64,000 nucleotides of DNA, taken from contig JBFELO010000001.1 in NCBI GenBank assembly GCA_041552055.1, forward strand, positions 23,099-87,098. The letters run 5' to 3'. Position numbers and translations under genes: made by a program. Of this stretch, positions 8,828 to 18,616 are shown one piece after another. Under the pieces are notes generated by a model. It made no database searches and was not told the DNA's origin. It saw only the letters and a list, made by a program, of their open reading frames with translations. This stretch comes from Candidatus Sulfomarinibacteraceae bacterium. GTDB taxonomy: Bacteria; Acidobacteriota; Thermoanaerobaculia; Thermoanaerobaculales; Sulfomarinibacteraceae. The first letter of the stretch is position 1; every line of letters begins with the position of its first letter.

Positions 8828-9898
8828 CTACTCGAGCTCTTCCTTCAACCGCTCGGTCTGGAAGTGCGCGATGAGGGGATCCAACAGGTGGTCCAGATTC
8901 CCCTCGAGGATCTCCTGGAGCCGGTGCACGGTGAGGCCGATGCGGTGGTCGGTCACCCTGCTCTGGGGGAAGTTGTAGGTCCGGATCTTCTCGGAGCGGT
9001 CCCCGCTTCCCACCTGGCTGCGCCGGGTCGCCGCCCTCTCTCGGTCCCGCTCGCGCTCCTCGATCTCGCGCAGCCGCGCCTTGAGCACTCGGAAGGCCTT
9101 GGCCTTGTTCTGGATCTGCGACTTCTCGTCCTGGCAGCTGACTACGATACCGGTCGGCAGATGGGTGACGCGGACCGCCGAGTACGTCGTGTTGACGCTC
9201 TGGCCACCGGGTCCCGAGGAGCAGAAGCGGTCGATGCGAAGGTCCTTCTCATCGAGCTCCACCTCGACCTCCTCGGCCTCCGGCAGGACCGCCACGGTCG
9301 CGGCCGAGGTGTGGATACGACCCGACGCCTCGGTGGCAGGAACCCGTTGCACGCGGTGCACCCCGGACTCGAACTTGAGCCGCGAGAACACCCCATCCCC
9401 TTCGATCACCGCCACCGCTTCCTTGACGCCACCGCGACCGGTGTCGGACGAGTCGGTGAGTGACATCCGCCACCCTCTCTCTTCGGCGTAGCGACCGTAC
9501 ATCCGCAGCAGCTCGCCGGCGAAGAGCGCCGCCTCCTCGCCGCCGGTGCCGGCCCTGATTTCGAGGATCACGTTCCGTCTGTCGTTGGGGTCCTGCGGCA
9601 GCAGCAGCAGGTGCAGCCGACGCTCGAGCTCGTCGTACGCGGCCACGAGCCGTTCCACCTCCGCCCCGGCGAGCTCCTTCATCTCCGGGTCGTCGGCCTC
9701 GGCGAGCACCTCCCGGGCGCCCTCCAGCTCGTCCGAGGTCTGCCGATACTCCTGGTAGGCGACCACGATCGGCTCCAGCTCGGCGAGCTTCTTGGCAACC
9801 TCGCGCGACCGGTTGGGATCGACCGCGACCACGGGGTCGGCCTGTTCCTCGCGCAGCAGGTCCCGGCGTCTGACGATCTCTTCCAGCCGTTCGAGCAT
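8828..9898 (-). CDS. prfA: peptide chain release factor 1
   Basis: GGQ motif ([11 protein letters not shown]) and the RF1-type PxT tripeptide (VPATE). ATG at 9898. Confidence 0.95.
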   Translation of the reverse strand: MLERLEEIVRRRDLLREEQADPVVAVDPNRSREVAKKLAELEPIVVAYQEYRQTSDELEGAREVLAEADDPEMKELAGAEVERLVAAYDELERRLHLLLLPQDPNDRRNVILEIRAGTGGEEAALFAGELLRMYGRYAEERGWRMSLTDSSDTGRGGVKEAVAVIEGDGVFSRLKFESGVHRVQRVPATEASGRIHTSAATVAVLPEAEEVEVELDEKDLRIDRFCSSGPGGQSVNTTYSAVRVTHLPTGIVVSCQDEKSQIQNKAKAFRVLKARLREIEERERDRERAATRRSQVGSGDRSEKIRTYNFPQSRVTDHRIGLTVHRLQEILEGNLDHLLDPLIAHFQTERLKEELE

Positions 9899-10007
9899 CA
9901 GTCTTCTCTCCGCACCCGATCATCCGGCCCAACGCTCGTCCCGCCCAGAGTGCTGGTGGAATGGCGGCGGGCCGAGATCGGTCCGTTCCCAGCCCACATT
10001 TCTCACC

Positions 10008-10044
10008 ATCAAACAGAAACCCGCGCGACCGTCCGTCGCGCGGG
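10008..10044 (-). terminator. rho-independent terminator downstream of rpmE
   Basis: Perfect 10-bp stem cccgcgcgac (10020-10029) / gtcgcgcggg (10035-10044) with a 5-nt loop. On the minus strand it is followed by GUUUCUGUUUGAUGG. Confidence 0.65.
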
Positions 10045-10079
10045 ATCCACGTGGCCGCCCATTCCGCGGCCGGACATCG

Positions 10080-10286
10080 CTACTTCGAGTTGGTGCCGTA
10101 GCGGCGCTCGAACTTCTCCACCATCCCCGCGGTGTCGACCAGCTTCTGGCGACCGGTGTAGAACGGGTGGCACACGTTGCAGATCTCGAGCCGCAGCTCG
10201 GGCTTGGTGGAGCGGGTCTTGAAGGTGTTGCCGCACGCGCAGCGAACCTCGACATCGTGGTACTCGGGGTGTATCTCCTGTTTCAT
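10080..10286 (-). CDS. rpmE: 50S ribosomal protein L31
   Basis: [27 protein letters not shown]...[11 protein letters not shown] is a classic zinc-ribbon L31. I start it at the ATG at 10286. The upstream part of the track ORF is spurious. Confidence 0.95.
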   Translation of the reverse strand: MKQEIHPEYHDVEVRCACGNTFKTRSTKPELRLEICNVCHPFYTGRQKLVDTAGMVEKFERRYGTNSK

Positions 10287-10385
10287 TCGATCCTCCGCTC
10301 GATCGGTATGATCGAGGACAAGCGATTGTACAGAGTGGTGCGGCGGCTGGCAAGCCCGCAGCAAACACACGGTGCGCCTTACGGG

Positions 10386-11576
10386 CTAACCGTCCAGCTC
10401 CGCGATCACGGCGTCAGTCATCTGCGTGGTGGTCGCGGCCCCTTGTTCGATCGCCTGGGGCCCGCCGCGCAGCTTCATCATGTCGTAGGTCCGGACCTCC
10501 CCACGGGCCACCACCGTGGCCACGGCGTCCCGGATCCGGGTCGCGATCTCGGTCTCCCCGAGCCAGTCCACCATCATGGCGGCGGCCAGGACCATGGCAA
10601 TCGGGTTGACGATCGAGGGATCGAGCTTGGCGTACTTTGGGGCCGAGCCGTGCGTGGGTTCGAACACACCCACGTCGCGGCCGATGTTGGCCGATGCCGC
10701 GAATCCAAGTCCTCCCACCAGACCCGCGAATCCGTCGGAGATGATGTCGCCGAACATGTTTCCGGCGACGATCACGCCGTAGTCCTCCGGGTTCTTCGTC
10801 AGCCACATCATCTGGGCGTCGATGTTCGTGTCCCAGAGCTCGACGGCGGGGTACGAGCGCTGGACCTCGCGCGCCTCGGCGAGCATCATGCCGGAGGTCT
10901 CCCGCAGCACGTTCGGCTTCTCGCACACGGTCACGTTGCCGTAGCCGTGGGTCACCGCATACTCGAACGCCTGCTCACAGATGCGCCGGCACGCGGCACG
11001 GGTGAACACGCGAACCGAGATCGCGAGATCTTCCCTCGCGACGTCTTCGAAGGCCTCGAACTTGGGATGGCTGCAGAGCGCCCGGTACACGACGTCCGGC
11101 GGGTTTGTCCACTCGAGACCGGAGTACAGGCCCTCCGTGTTCTGCCGGAAGATGACCGCGTTGACCTTGGGCTCCTCCACCTCGCTGCCGCGGCCGCGGC
11201 GGACGAAGTTGAGCGGATTCCCCGGGAACGTGATGCATGGACGGATCGAGACATCGAGGTCAAACCGCTGCCGCAAACCGACGATGGGCGAGAAGTAGAC
11301 GAAACCGCCGTCTCGCAGTTCGGGCCGCAGCTCGGCAGCCGCACGATCCTTGGGCTTGGAGGTGATCGCCCCGAACAGCGCTACCCGGTGTCGAGCGATG
11401 AGCTCGACGGTCTCCTCCGGCAACGGATTGCCGTCTCGGATCCAGTGGTCCCAGCCGATCCCCGCCTCGATATAGTCAGCGTCGAAGCCGGCCGCCTCGA
11501 GGACCCGGATCGCCTCGGGCAGCACCACACCGCCGATCCCGTCGCCGGGCAAGGTCACAACTGTCCGTTTCGTCAT
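10386..11576 (-). CDS. isocitrate/isopropylmalate dehydrogenase family oxidoreductase
   Basis: N-terminal LPGDGIGGVVLPEA, and the NMFGDIISD and GSAPKYA motifs of the beta-decarboxylating dehydrogenase family. ATG at 11576. Substrate cannot be assigned from the sequence alone. Confidence 0.8.
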   Translation of the reverse strand: MTKRTVVTLPGDGIGGVVLPEAIRVLEAAGFDADYIEAGIGWDHWIRDGNPLPEETVELIARHRVALFGAITSKPKDRAAAELRPELRDGGFVYFSPIVGLRQRFDLDVSIRPCITFPGNPLNFVRRGRGSEVEEPKVNAVIFRQNTEGLYSGLEWTNPPDVVYRALCSHPKFEAFEDVAREDLAISVRVFTRAACRRICEQAFEYAVTHGYGNVTVCEKPNVLRETSGMMLAEAREVQRSYPAVELWDTNIDAQMMWLTKNPEDYGVIVAGNMFGDIISDGFAGLVGGLGFAASANIGRDVGVFEPTHGSAPKYAKLDPSIVNPIAMVLAAAMMVDWLGETEIATRIRDAVATVVARGEVRTYDMMKLRGGPQAIEQGAATTTQMTDAVIAELDG

Positions 11577-11678
11577 GTTTCCTCCACTTCGGGCACCAAC
11601 TCTACCGATCGCCGTCAGCGCCGGCGCAACCATAACCAATGGAATCGAAAAACGAAAGGGGCGTGCGAGGCGGCGCGG

Positions 11679-12404
11679 TCAGCGGGCCCACACGTTGTAC
11701 TTCAGAATCGTCCAGATCGCCGACACACCGTCCTTCCAGCCGATCTTCTTGCCCTCGGCGTAGGTCCGCCCGTGGTAGGCGATGGGTACCTCGTAGATGC
11801 GGCAGCCGAGGCGAGCGACCTTTGCCGTGAACTCGGGTTCGAAGCCGAACCGATCGGACTGGATCTCGAGGCGTCGGAGCACCCCGGCGGTGAACACCTT
11901 GTAACAGGTCTCCATGTCGGTGAGGTTCAGATCGGTGAACATGTTCGAGACCAGAGTCAGGAACCTGTTGCCGACGTAGTGCCAGAAGAACAGCACCCGG
12001 TGTGGTCCGCCCAGGAACCGCGATCCGTACACCACGTCCGCGCGACCATCGAGAATCGGCCGCAGCAGCGTCGGGTACTCTCCCGGGTCGTACTCGAGGT
12101 CCGCGTCCTGCACCAGCAGCAGCTCGCCCGTGGCGAGACCGAAGCCGGTTCGCAGCGCGGCGCCCTTGCCCCGGTTGCGTTCATGGCGGTGCCGCACCAG
12201 CTCGACCGACACGCCGTCCGCCCTCTCCGGCGGCTGCCACTCCGACACCAGCTGCCAGGTGGCGTCCCCCGATCCATCGTCGACCGCCACAACCTCGAGC
12301 TCCATGACCCCGCCCGGAAGGGGCGCTTGGACCACCCGCCCGAGGAGGTCGGTCACGGTTGCTTCCTCGTTGAAAACCGGAACAACGACGGTAAGGCGTG
12401 CCAT
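11679..12404 (-). CDS. family 2 glycosyltransferase (polyprenyl-phosphate sugar synthase-like)
   Basis: VVVPVFNEE...VVAVDDGSGD...VQDADLEYDP are GT2 (GT-A fold) motifs. ATG at 12404. The upstream GDGDGDG stretch of the track ORF is a translated repeat. Confidence 0.85.
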   Translation of the reverse strand: MARLTVVVPVFNEEATVTDLLGRVVQAPLPGGVMELEVVAVDDGSGDATWQLVSEWQPPERADGVSVELVRHRHERNRGKGAALRTGFGLATGELLLVQDADLEYDPGEYPTLLRPILDGRADVVYGSRFLGGPHRVLFFWHYVGNRFLTLVSNMFTDLNLTDMETCYKVFTAGVLRRLEIQSDRFGFEPEFTAKVARLGCRIYEVPIAYHGRTYAEGKKIGWKDGVSAIWTILKYNVWAR

Positions 12405-12470
12405 CTCCCTATCGAATGTACCATCGCCCCAGCTCGCATCATGCCTGTGGTCTCGACCCAGATTGGTGGG

Positions 12471-12546
12471 CCCGTCTCCGTCTCCGTCTCCGTCTCCGTG
12501 CCCGAATCGCCCCTCGGATCCGTCCAAAGGATCAGAGACGGAGACA
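12471..12546. repeat. CCGTCT-hexamer hairpin element (family A)
   Basis: Sequence is (ccgtct)x4 ccgtgcccgaat ... cagagacggagacag. The arms are reverse-complementary. Confidence 0.85.
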
Positions 12547-12663
12547 GATTCCTCGAGTGACGGTCCGTGATTCGCTCTTCCGCCTTGTCAGACTGCCCAG
12601 GCATGGCCCGCATTGTTCACCGAGGTCTCGTCGCCAATGTGCCGTGCGCACCGCGACGGGCGT

Positions 12664-14259
12664 TCAGTCCACGACCCGCAGCGGGTGGCTCGCCAGGAAG
12701 TCCCGCCCGACTCCGTCGACGATGACGCCCCCCTCCATGTACTGGGCCACCGGCAGCCCGAGCAGGTAGCAGAGCGTCGGGGCGACGTCGATCAGGCGAG
12801 ACGCGGCGATGCGTTTCCCCCGGGGAACTCCCGGCCCACGCAGCAGCAGCGCGCCGTCCGGACACTCCTCGGCGGAGGTCCTCCAGGAGCCACCGAATCC
12901 GAGGGTTCGGCGCAGGCGCTCGTAGGAGCTCGGCGGAGCCAGCCCGTAGGGGGACACGACGGCCACCAAGGTCTCCGGCGGCGCCGCCGCCAGCAGCCGC
13001 CCGATTTGGGTGTCGAGCACCTCGATGACACGCTCCATCACCTCGCGCTCACCGGTGTGGAGTGCCTTGAGTGGCTCCAACTGGCGGCGAACGGTCGACA
13101 GACCCCCGAGGAACACCCACACGTCGCTCGCGCCCGACGCGAGTGCACGTTCCGCCGCCTCGGTCCTGCGCTCGTCCCGCTCGACGGCGCGCACGATCCC
13201 ATCGCGTTCGTCACCGAACGGCTCCAGGGACTGCTCCAGGAGCCTCTGAACAGCACCGTCGTGTTCGACGGGGGCGGAGCGCGGCTCAACGTCGACGACC
13301 GTTACCTGCGGCCCCCACAAACCCGGCCAACCGAACACCTCCGTGGACACCCCGGAGGCTCGCAGACTCTCCCACAGTGGCGGTACCGACGACGGCGGGG
13401 GAACGACCTGGTCCGCGACACCCCACGGCAGGATCAGACGTGAGCCCTGGGGCGTCCACGGCAGCAAACGCAAAGGCTCGTCCTCGAGCCACGGCAGCTT
13501 CCAGGTCCGGCTGGACTTCACGCCGTGGCGACCGGGGAAGGTCCCGGTCGTCAGGGTGGTCCACAAGGACTGTCGCAGGTATGGCCGGTGGGGTGTCAAC
13601 GGACCCCACGCTCCCGACTCCTGCACGAGATCCAGGTTTCGGTACCGATCGCCGGTGGCGTGGACGAGCAACACCTTGGAGTCGAGGCCCTCGACCCCGA
13701 TCACCAACAGCGGCCGCTCCGGGTGCCCGAGCGGGCGCGCCACGATGTCTACCGGAACGACCTGGGGAATCGGCTGCCAGACCAAACGCATGGTCGGCAG
13801 TGCAAGCATCACGGCCGCGAACGCCACCCGGAGGCCCAGCGACGTTCCCAGCCGACGCACGGCGCCACCGCCGGCCAGCGCCAACAGGACACCGCCGCTC
13901 CAAACGGCGACGTCCTGCCTGAGTATCCGGTGCCCGGTGGCCGTCAGATACTCGCTGTGCAGGTCTGCGTTGATCCAGCTCATTACCGCGGCGATCACGA
14001 ACACCAGGACCGTGAACTCCGGAGCCGGCCAGTCCCCGACGTGTCGCGGCCAGCGCCGCACCAACGGCACGACCAGCAGCAGTGGCACACCTCCCAGAAC
14101 GACCCCCCAACTGAGCCACAGGGGGACCGCCGTCAACGCCGCCACCGCCGACTGCGTCACCTCGGGATTGAGGCGCATGACCATCACCTCGGCGAGCACC
14201 CCTGCAGTAGCCCCCGCCACCAGTGCGTGAATCCACGGCTCGACACCCGGGCGTCGCAT
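12664..14259 (-). CDS. membrane-anchored alkaline-phosphatase-superfamily (type I phosphodiesterase/NPP-like) protein, possibly catalytically degenerate
   Basis: About 5 N-terminal TM segments are followed by LLVIGVEGLD...TTGTFPGRHGV...VVSPYG, which resembles the NPP pattern (..DG....TG..P..HG...SDHG). ATG at 14259. Track position 14268 is a TTG. Confidence 0.5.
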   Translation of the reverse strand: MRRPGVEPWIHALVAGATAGVLAEVMVMRLNPEVTQSAVAALTAVPLWLSWGVVLGGVPLLLVVPLVRRWPRHVGDWPAPEFTVLVFVIAAVMSWINADLHSEYLTATGHRILRQDVAVWSGGVLLALAGGGAVRRLGTSLGLRVAFAAVMLALPTMRLVWQPIPQVVPVDIVARPLGHPERPLLVIGVEGLDSKVLLVHATGDRYRNLDLVQESGAWGPLTPHRPYLRQSLWTTLTTGTFPGRHGVKSSRTWKLPWLEDEPLRLLPWTPQGSRLILPWGVADQVVPPPSSVPPLWESLRASGVSTEVFGWPGLWGPQVTVVDVEPRSAPVEHDGAVQRLLEQSLEPFGDERDGIVRAVERDERRTEAAERALASGASDVWVFLGGLSTVRRQLEPLKALHTGEREVMERVIEVLDTQIGRLLAAAPPETLVAVVSPYGLAPPSSYERLRRTLGFGGSWRTSAEECPDGALLLRGPGVPRGKRIAASRLIDVAPTLCYLLGLPVAQYMEGGVIVDGVGRDFLASHPLRVVD

Positions 14260-14348
14260 CGCCGCCAATGGTACACCCGGTGGTCGCGGAATCCGGTCTC
14301 GATCGGATCTTCATGGCACCACCGCTTCTGACGTCGCTCGGGTTTGAA

Positions 14349-14419
14349 CCCGTGCCCGTCTCCGTCTCCATGCCCGAATTACCGCTTGAACAGTTGTGAT
14401 GTGTCGGATACGGAGACGG
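14349..14419. repeat. CCGTCT-hexamer hairpin element (family A)
   Basis: Reads cccgtgcccgtctccgtctccatgcccgaat ... cggatacggagacgg. Positions 14356-14365 (ccgtctccgt) are the perfect reverse complement of 14410-14419. Confidence 0.85.
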
Positions 14420-14493
14420 TAACCCTCGCTCCAACTCTTGGCGCAACCGAGACACGGATCCCGTACACTCCCATCCGGAAGGTGGAACCACAG

Positions 14494-15213
14494 ATGGCAA
14501 CGGCACGCGACGCACTGTGTGCGGCTCTCGACGGCAGCGACCGGCGTTGGATCCTCGAAACCGCCGAGGCCTTGGCGGGCGAGGTCGGCTGGCTCAAGGT
14601 CGGCCTCGAAGCGTTTGCCGCTCACGGCCCCTCTCTGGTGAGGTCCATCGCCGAGCTCGGGTGTCCAGTGTTTCTGGACGTCAAGCTGCACGACATTCCG
14701 AACACAGTGCGTGGCGCCGCCGCGAACTGTGCTGCCGCCGGCGTCGGGATGTTCACGGTGCACGCCTCCGGTGGTCGCCAGATGCTGTCAGCGGCCCTCG
14801 AGGGTGCGCGTCAGGCGGCACCCGACGCACCACCCAAGGTGATCGCCGTGACGGTTCTCACGAGTCTCGACAGCCGGTCCCTGCACGGGATCGGTTACGC
14901 CGACTCGGTCGAGGAGACGGCGCTCCGGCTCGCCCGCCTCGCCGAGACGTGCGGCGTCGACGGGGTGGTGGTCTCCGCGCACGAGGCGCGGCGGGTGCGC
15001 GCCGCCTGCGGCCCGGACTTCCTGCTCGTCACTCCCGGGATTCGGCCGTCCGGCCACGGAAACGACGATCAGCGTCGCACGGTGACGCCGGCCGAGGCGG
15101 TTCGGATGGGCGCAGACGTCCTGGTGGTAGGTCGACCGATTACGCGAGCGGAGTCACCCGTGGCGGCCGCCCGCCACATCCTCAGCGAGATGACGGCGGT
15201 GCGATCAGAATAA
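14494..15213 (+). CDS. pyrF: orotidine 5'-phosphate decarboxylase
   Basis: ATG at 14494. GWLKVGLE...VFLDVKLHDIPNTV is the PyrF active-site signature (D.K.HDIP.T). Confidence 0.9.
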   Translation: MATARDALCAALDGSDRRWILETAEALAGEVGWLKVGLEAFAAHGPSLVRSIAELGCPVFLDVKLHDIPNTVRGAAANCAAAGVGMFTVHASGGRQMLSAALEGARQAAPDAPPKVIAVTVLTSLDSRSLHGIGYADSVEETALRLARLAETCGVDGVVVSAHEARRVRAACGPDFLLVTPGIRPSGHGNDDQRRTVTPAEAVRMGADVLVVGRPITRAESPVAAARHILSEMTAVRSE

Positions 15214-15573
15214 CGGCCTGTCCTCGTAGTGTTCCTTGTGCCACACGTAGGTATAGCCCGGAAACTCGATCGGGTAGTCGTAGGTCACCCTGATCTTGAT
15301 ACGGGTCGAGGAGCGCTTGATCCAGATCGACTTCGCGTTGATCGGAATGTCGAGCTCCTCGGCCTTGCCGACGAGGTTCTTCTGGATCCGCTTGTCGTTG
15401 TACTCCAGGCGGTTCGCGCGGTCCGCCATCGCCTTGACTTCCTTGTCGAACTCGCCCACCGTGACCATCACGGGCACCACCTTGATGGAGATGACCGCCA
15501 CGATTACGGCCACCAGAAACCCGACAAGACACCCGATCGGGACGTCCCCCCGCTGGTTGCGCCTCCAACTCAT
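15205..15573 (-). CDS. small membrane-anchored protein of unknown function (DUF4845-like architecture)
   Basis: ATG at 15573 (MSWRRNQRG...). One N-terminal TM helix and a soluble domain of about 90 aa. Its 3' end overlaps the pyrF 3' end by 9 nt (convergent). Confidence 0.45.
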   Translation of the reverse strand: MSWRRNQRGDVPIGCLVGFLVAVIVAVISIKVVPVMVTVGEFDKEVKAMADRANRLEYNDKRIQKNLVGKAEELDIPINAKSIWIKRSSTRIKIRVTYDYPIEFPGYTYVWHKEHYEDRPLF

Positions 15574-15634
15574 CACGCATCCCCCCGAACAAGCTCCATC
15601 CTCATCCATGGTAACACCCTAGCTGTCATGAACA

Positions 15635-16315
15635 TCAGCGGATGAGGTGGAACATCCTGCCCCAACGGGTCTTGGTGAAAAAGTTGAGGAAAACCTCGGC
15701 CAGCTGACGTGCCCGGTAGCCGATGCCGCGCCATTCCCAATCGTCACGCTCGGCCTCGTACGACCAGTAGATCAGGACGGCACGTCCCTTGACGTAGCTC
15801 AGCGGCACCGGTCCCCAGAACCGCGAGTCCAGGGAGTTGTCGCGGTTGTCACCGAGACAGAAGATGCTGTCCTCCGGCACGACTCTGGGGCCGTAGTTGT
15901 CGCCCGGCAGGCCCCGCGACCGTCCCGAATGGTCACCCTTGAACACGACGTGCGATTCGTCGACGGCCTGGCCGTTGAGGAACAGCTGCTTGTCGCGGAT
16001 CTCCACCTCGTCCCCGGCCACGGCGACGCATCGCTTGATGAAATCGCGTCGCGGCTGGTTCGGATACTTGAACACCACCACATCGCCCCGTCGCGGCTGC
16101 CGGTACGGCAGCAACCAGCCGAGCACGCTCGAGTCGTCAGAACCGTAGATGAACTTGTTGACCACCAGGTGATCGCCGATCAGCAGGTTGTCCATCATCG
16201 ATCCGGACGGAATCTTGAAGTTCTCGAACACGAACGTGCGCACGAACAGGGCAAGGATGAACGCTACCAGGATCGCCTCGTAGTACTCACGCAACACGGA
16301 TTTCTTATGGCTCAT
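15635..16315 (-). CDS. lepB: signal peptidase I
   Basis: IPSGSMMDNL (catalytic Ser box), GDVVVFKYP and GDNRDNSLDSRFWG boxes. ATG at 16315. Confidence 0.95.
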   Translation of the reverse strand: MSHKKSVLREYYEAILVAFILALFVRTFVFENFKIPSGSMMDNLLIGDHLVVNKFIYGSDDSSVLGWLLPYRQPRRGDVVVFKYPNQPRRDFIKRCVAVAGDEVEIRDKQLFLNGQAVDESHVVFKGDHSGRSRGLPGDNYGPRVVPEDSIFCLGDNRDNSLDSRFWGPVPLSYVKGRAVLIYWSYEAERDDWEWRGIGYRARQLAEVFLNFFTKTRWGRMFHLIR

Positions 16316-16325
16316 CTTCGGAATC

Positions 16326-17441
16326 TTATCCAACCCGCCCCGCGGAGGATAGCTTTCGCATGCCCGGAGGCTGCCAGGACGAGCTCGCCCAGGCATCCAG
16401 ACGTCGCTCATCGTGGTGGATACCGCGAATCGAGCCCAGCTGCCCGGCGTGCGCGATCATCGCGGCGTTGTCGGTGGTCAGGTTCCGGGGCGGCAGGAGC
16501 ACCTCGACGCTCGACGCCACGCCCGCCGCGCGGAGTCGTTCGCGCAGCAATGTGTTGGCGGCCACACCGCCGGAGGCGGTCACCAGCTCGGGGCGATGCA
16601 GGGCGATCAACTCCTCGAGCGGGGCCAGCAACTGGTCCACGACGGCCGCCTCGAACGATGCGGCGAGGTCGGCGACCACCGATCCGTGTCGATGAGGTCC
16701 GGACCCCTCGAGGCGCTGGTCGCGAATCCAGCGCACGGCGGCCGACTTGAGCCCGGAGAACGAAAAATCGATCCGACTGTCCCTGAGTCGCGGACGTGGG
16801 AGGGGAACCGCGTCCGGATCACCCGATCTCGCCAGGCGATCCATCTCGGGCCCGCCGGGATAACCGAGCCCGAGCACCTTGGCGACCTTGTCGAAACTCT
16901 CGCCCGCGGCGTCGTCCCGCGTCCGCGACAGCCTGCTCGCCGAGCCTGCATCCAGCCTGAACCAGCTCGAGTGACCCCCGGACGCGACCAGCGCCAGCAC
17001 CCGGTCGGGCACGGGACGTGCCGGCCGCCCTTCGAGATCGAGAAACGGAGACAGGAGATGCCCCTCGAGATGGTCCACCGCCACCAGCGGAACCCGCCGC
17101 GCCCACGAGTAGGCCGCGGCAAACCGCACGCCGACCAGCAGGGCGCCGACCAACCCCGGGCCGGCGGTCACCGCCACGAGCTCCGGCGTCCCACGAGCAT
17201 CCGCCAACACCCGTTCCACCAGCCAGGGCAGCGCCCTGAGGTGCTCCCGGGACGCCAACTCGGGCACCACGCCGCCGTACGGTGCGTGCGCAGCAACCTG
17301 GCTCGACAGGAGATTGACCTCGATCCGGCCCGCATCGTCGAGCACCGCGACCGCGCTTTCGTCGCACGACGTTTCGATTCCCAGCGTCCTGGGGAGCCCA
17401 CCGTCCCTGCGCTCTTCTTTCTCAGCGGTCGACTGCACCAT
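16326..17441 (-). CDS. tsaD: tRNA N6-adenosine threonylcarbamoyltransferase
   Basis: GIETSCDESAVAV and the H..GH metal motif (VDHLEGHLL). ATG at 17441. Confidence 0.9.
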   Translation of the reverse strand: MVQSTAEKEERRDGGLPRTLGIETSCDESAVAVLDDAGRIEVNLLSSQVAAHAPYGGVVPELASREHLRALPWLVERVLADARGTPELVAVTAGPGLVGALLVGVRFAAAYSWARRVPLVAVDHLEGHLLSPFLDLEGRPARPVPDRVLALVASGGHSSWFRLDAGSASRLSRTRDDAAGESFDKVAKVLGLGYPGGPEMDRLARSGDPDAVPLPRPRLRDSRIDFSFSGLKSAAVRWIRDQRLEGSGPHRHGSVVADLAASFEAAVVDQLLAPLEELIALHRPELVTASGGVAANTLLRERLRAAGVASSVEVLLPPRNLTTDNAAMIAHAGQLGSIRGIHHDERRLDAWASSSWQPPGMRKLSSAGRVG

Positions 17442-17504
17442 GCTTGGTTCACCCCACGCGCAGGCGCTCGACCTGCCACACCTCGAATCCTCTGTGAAGG
17501 GCTG

Positions 17505-18533
17505 CTACCGGATGTTTGCCCGCACCGGGACGGTGAGCTCTGGAAAGTCCGGGTCGGTCGTCGCGAGCTTGAGCAGCGCGTCCCTGGTGCCCGGGTCCGC
17601 GTCCGGTTTGACGGTCACCGTCACCTGGTACCGACGCCCCTCGTCGATGGCGGACACCTCGGCGTCGAACGCCGCATCGGTAACCTCGGCCGAGGTGACC
17701 TCAACCCCGCTGCCACCGGTGCGGTTGTTGATCACGATGACGTTGCGGCCCGGATTCGAGCTCGCCTCGACCGTGCCGAACTGGATTTGCGGGGGCGTCA
17801 CGTGCAGCAGGGCACGCACCACACCGTAGACCTTGATCAGGACCGTCGGTGCCTTCGGGTGATCGGTGTGGACGGAAAGCTGAGCATTGACCGGCCCCAT
17901 CGGGACCTCCTCGGAGAGTGACAGCGCGACCTCGTACTGCGGGCTCGGCCTGCCGGGGATCTGCTCCTCCTGCTGGAGTCGACGCACCGTGGCATCGAGG
18001 TAGGGCACGTTGCTGTCCACACCGGTGACCTTGAAGTCACGCTCGCCATCTCCCGACACGATCGTCACCTTTTGGGTCAACTGCTCGTGCTTGAGCGCGT
18101 TGAACCGGATCAGCGGCCGCGGCAGCACCTCGACGTAGGGCTTGACTTCCGCCTTGATGATCAGGGACACCGTCGGATCCTGAGGATCGTTCGTCATCAC
18201 CAGGATCGACTTGGACACCGGACCCGAGAAGTCCCCCGTGTCGAGCTTTGCCTTCACCCATCCTGATCCGCCGGCCACGATCTCACGGTCGTAGTCGGCC
18301 ACGGTACAGCCGCACGTCGGCCGGACACTCTTGACGACCAACGTCTCCGAACCCTCGTTGACCAGCTTGAAGTTCGCCTCGACGACGTCGCCCTTGGCCA
18401 CGGTCCCCTTGTCGAGGATCTTCTCCGGCACCTCCAGCTTCGGACCGGCGATACCCCTTTCCTGAGCGACGACCGACGCCGCGATCAGGCACACCACTGC
18501 GACGGCGATTGTCGTTATTCGTCCTGTACTCAT
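17505..18533 (-). CDS. secreted DUF1573 domain protein
   Basis: A signal peptide is followed by the DUF1573 hallmark ...N.G...L.V..V.PTCGCTVADYD. The remainder is beta-rich and Ig-like. Confidence 0.7.
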   Translation of the reverse strand: MSTGRITTIAVAVVCLIAASVVAQERGIAGPKLEVPEKILDKGTVAKGDVVEANFKLVNEGSETLVVKSVRPTCGCTVADYDREIVAGGSGWVKAKLDTGDFSGPVSKSILVMTNDPQDPTVSLIIKAEVKPYVEVLPRPLIRFNALKHEQLTQKVTIVSGDGERDFKVTGVDSNVPYLDATVRRLQQEEQIPGRPSPQYEVALSLSEEVPMGPVNAQLSVHTDHPKAPTVLIKVYGVVRALLHVTPPQIQFGTVEASSNPGRNVIVINNRTGGSGVEVTSAEVTDAAFDAEVSAIDEGRRYQVTVTVKPDADPGTRDALLKLATTDPDFPELTVPVRANIR

Positions 18534-18616
18534 GCTTCCTCCCTTGTGCTCTCAGCGCCAAACATCGACAATCTTAGGGAGCCGGCGGGCGACCGGCAAC
18601 CCCGGGGAGAGCGCTT

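Noticed and set aside
12405-12527. Peptide-like repeats GDGDGDGDG, GTGTGTGTG and GDGHGDGDG at the ends of track ORFs (11679..12527, 39670..41076, 49589..50131).
   Set aside because: These are translations of the CCGTCT/CCGTTC hexamer repeat elements in intergenic DNA. The real starts lie downstream, next to conserved N-termini.
17538-17556. The sequence tctggaaagtccgggtcgg resembles the RNase P RNA CR-I motif (GAGGAAAGUCCGGGC).
   Set aside because: It lies inside the well-supported DUF1573 coding sequence (it encodes ..DFPELTV.. on the other strand). No other RNase P conserved regions are nearby, so it is coincidental.
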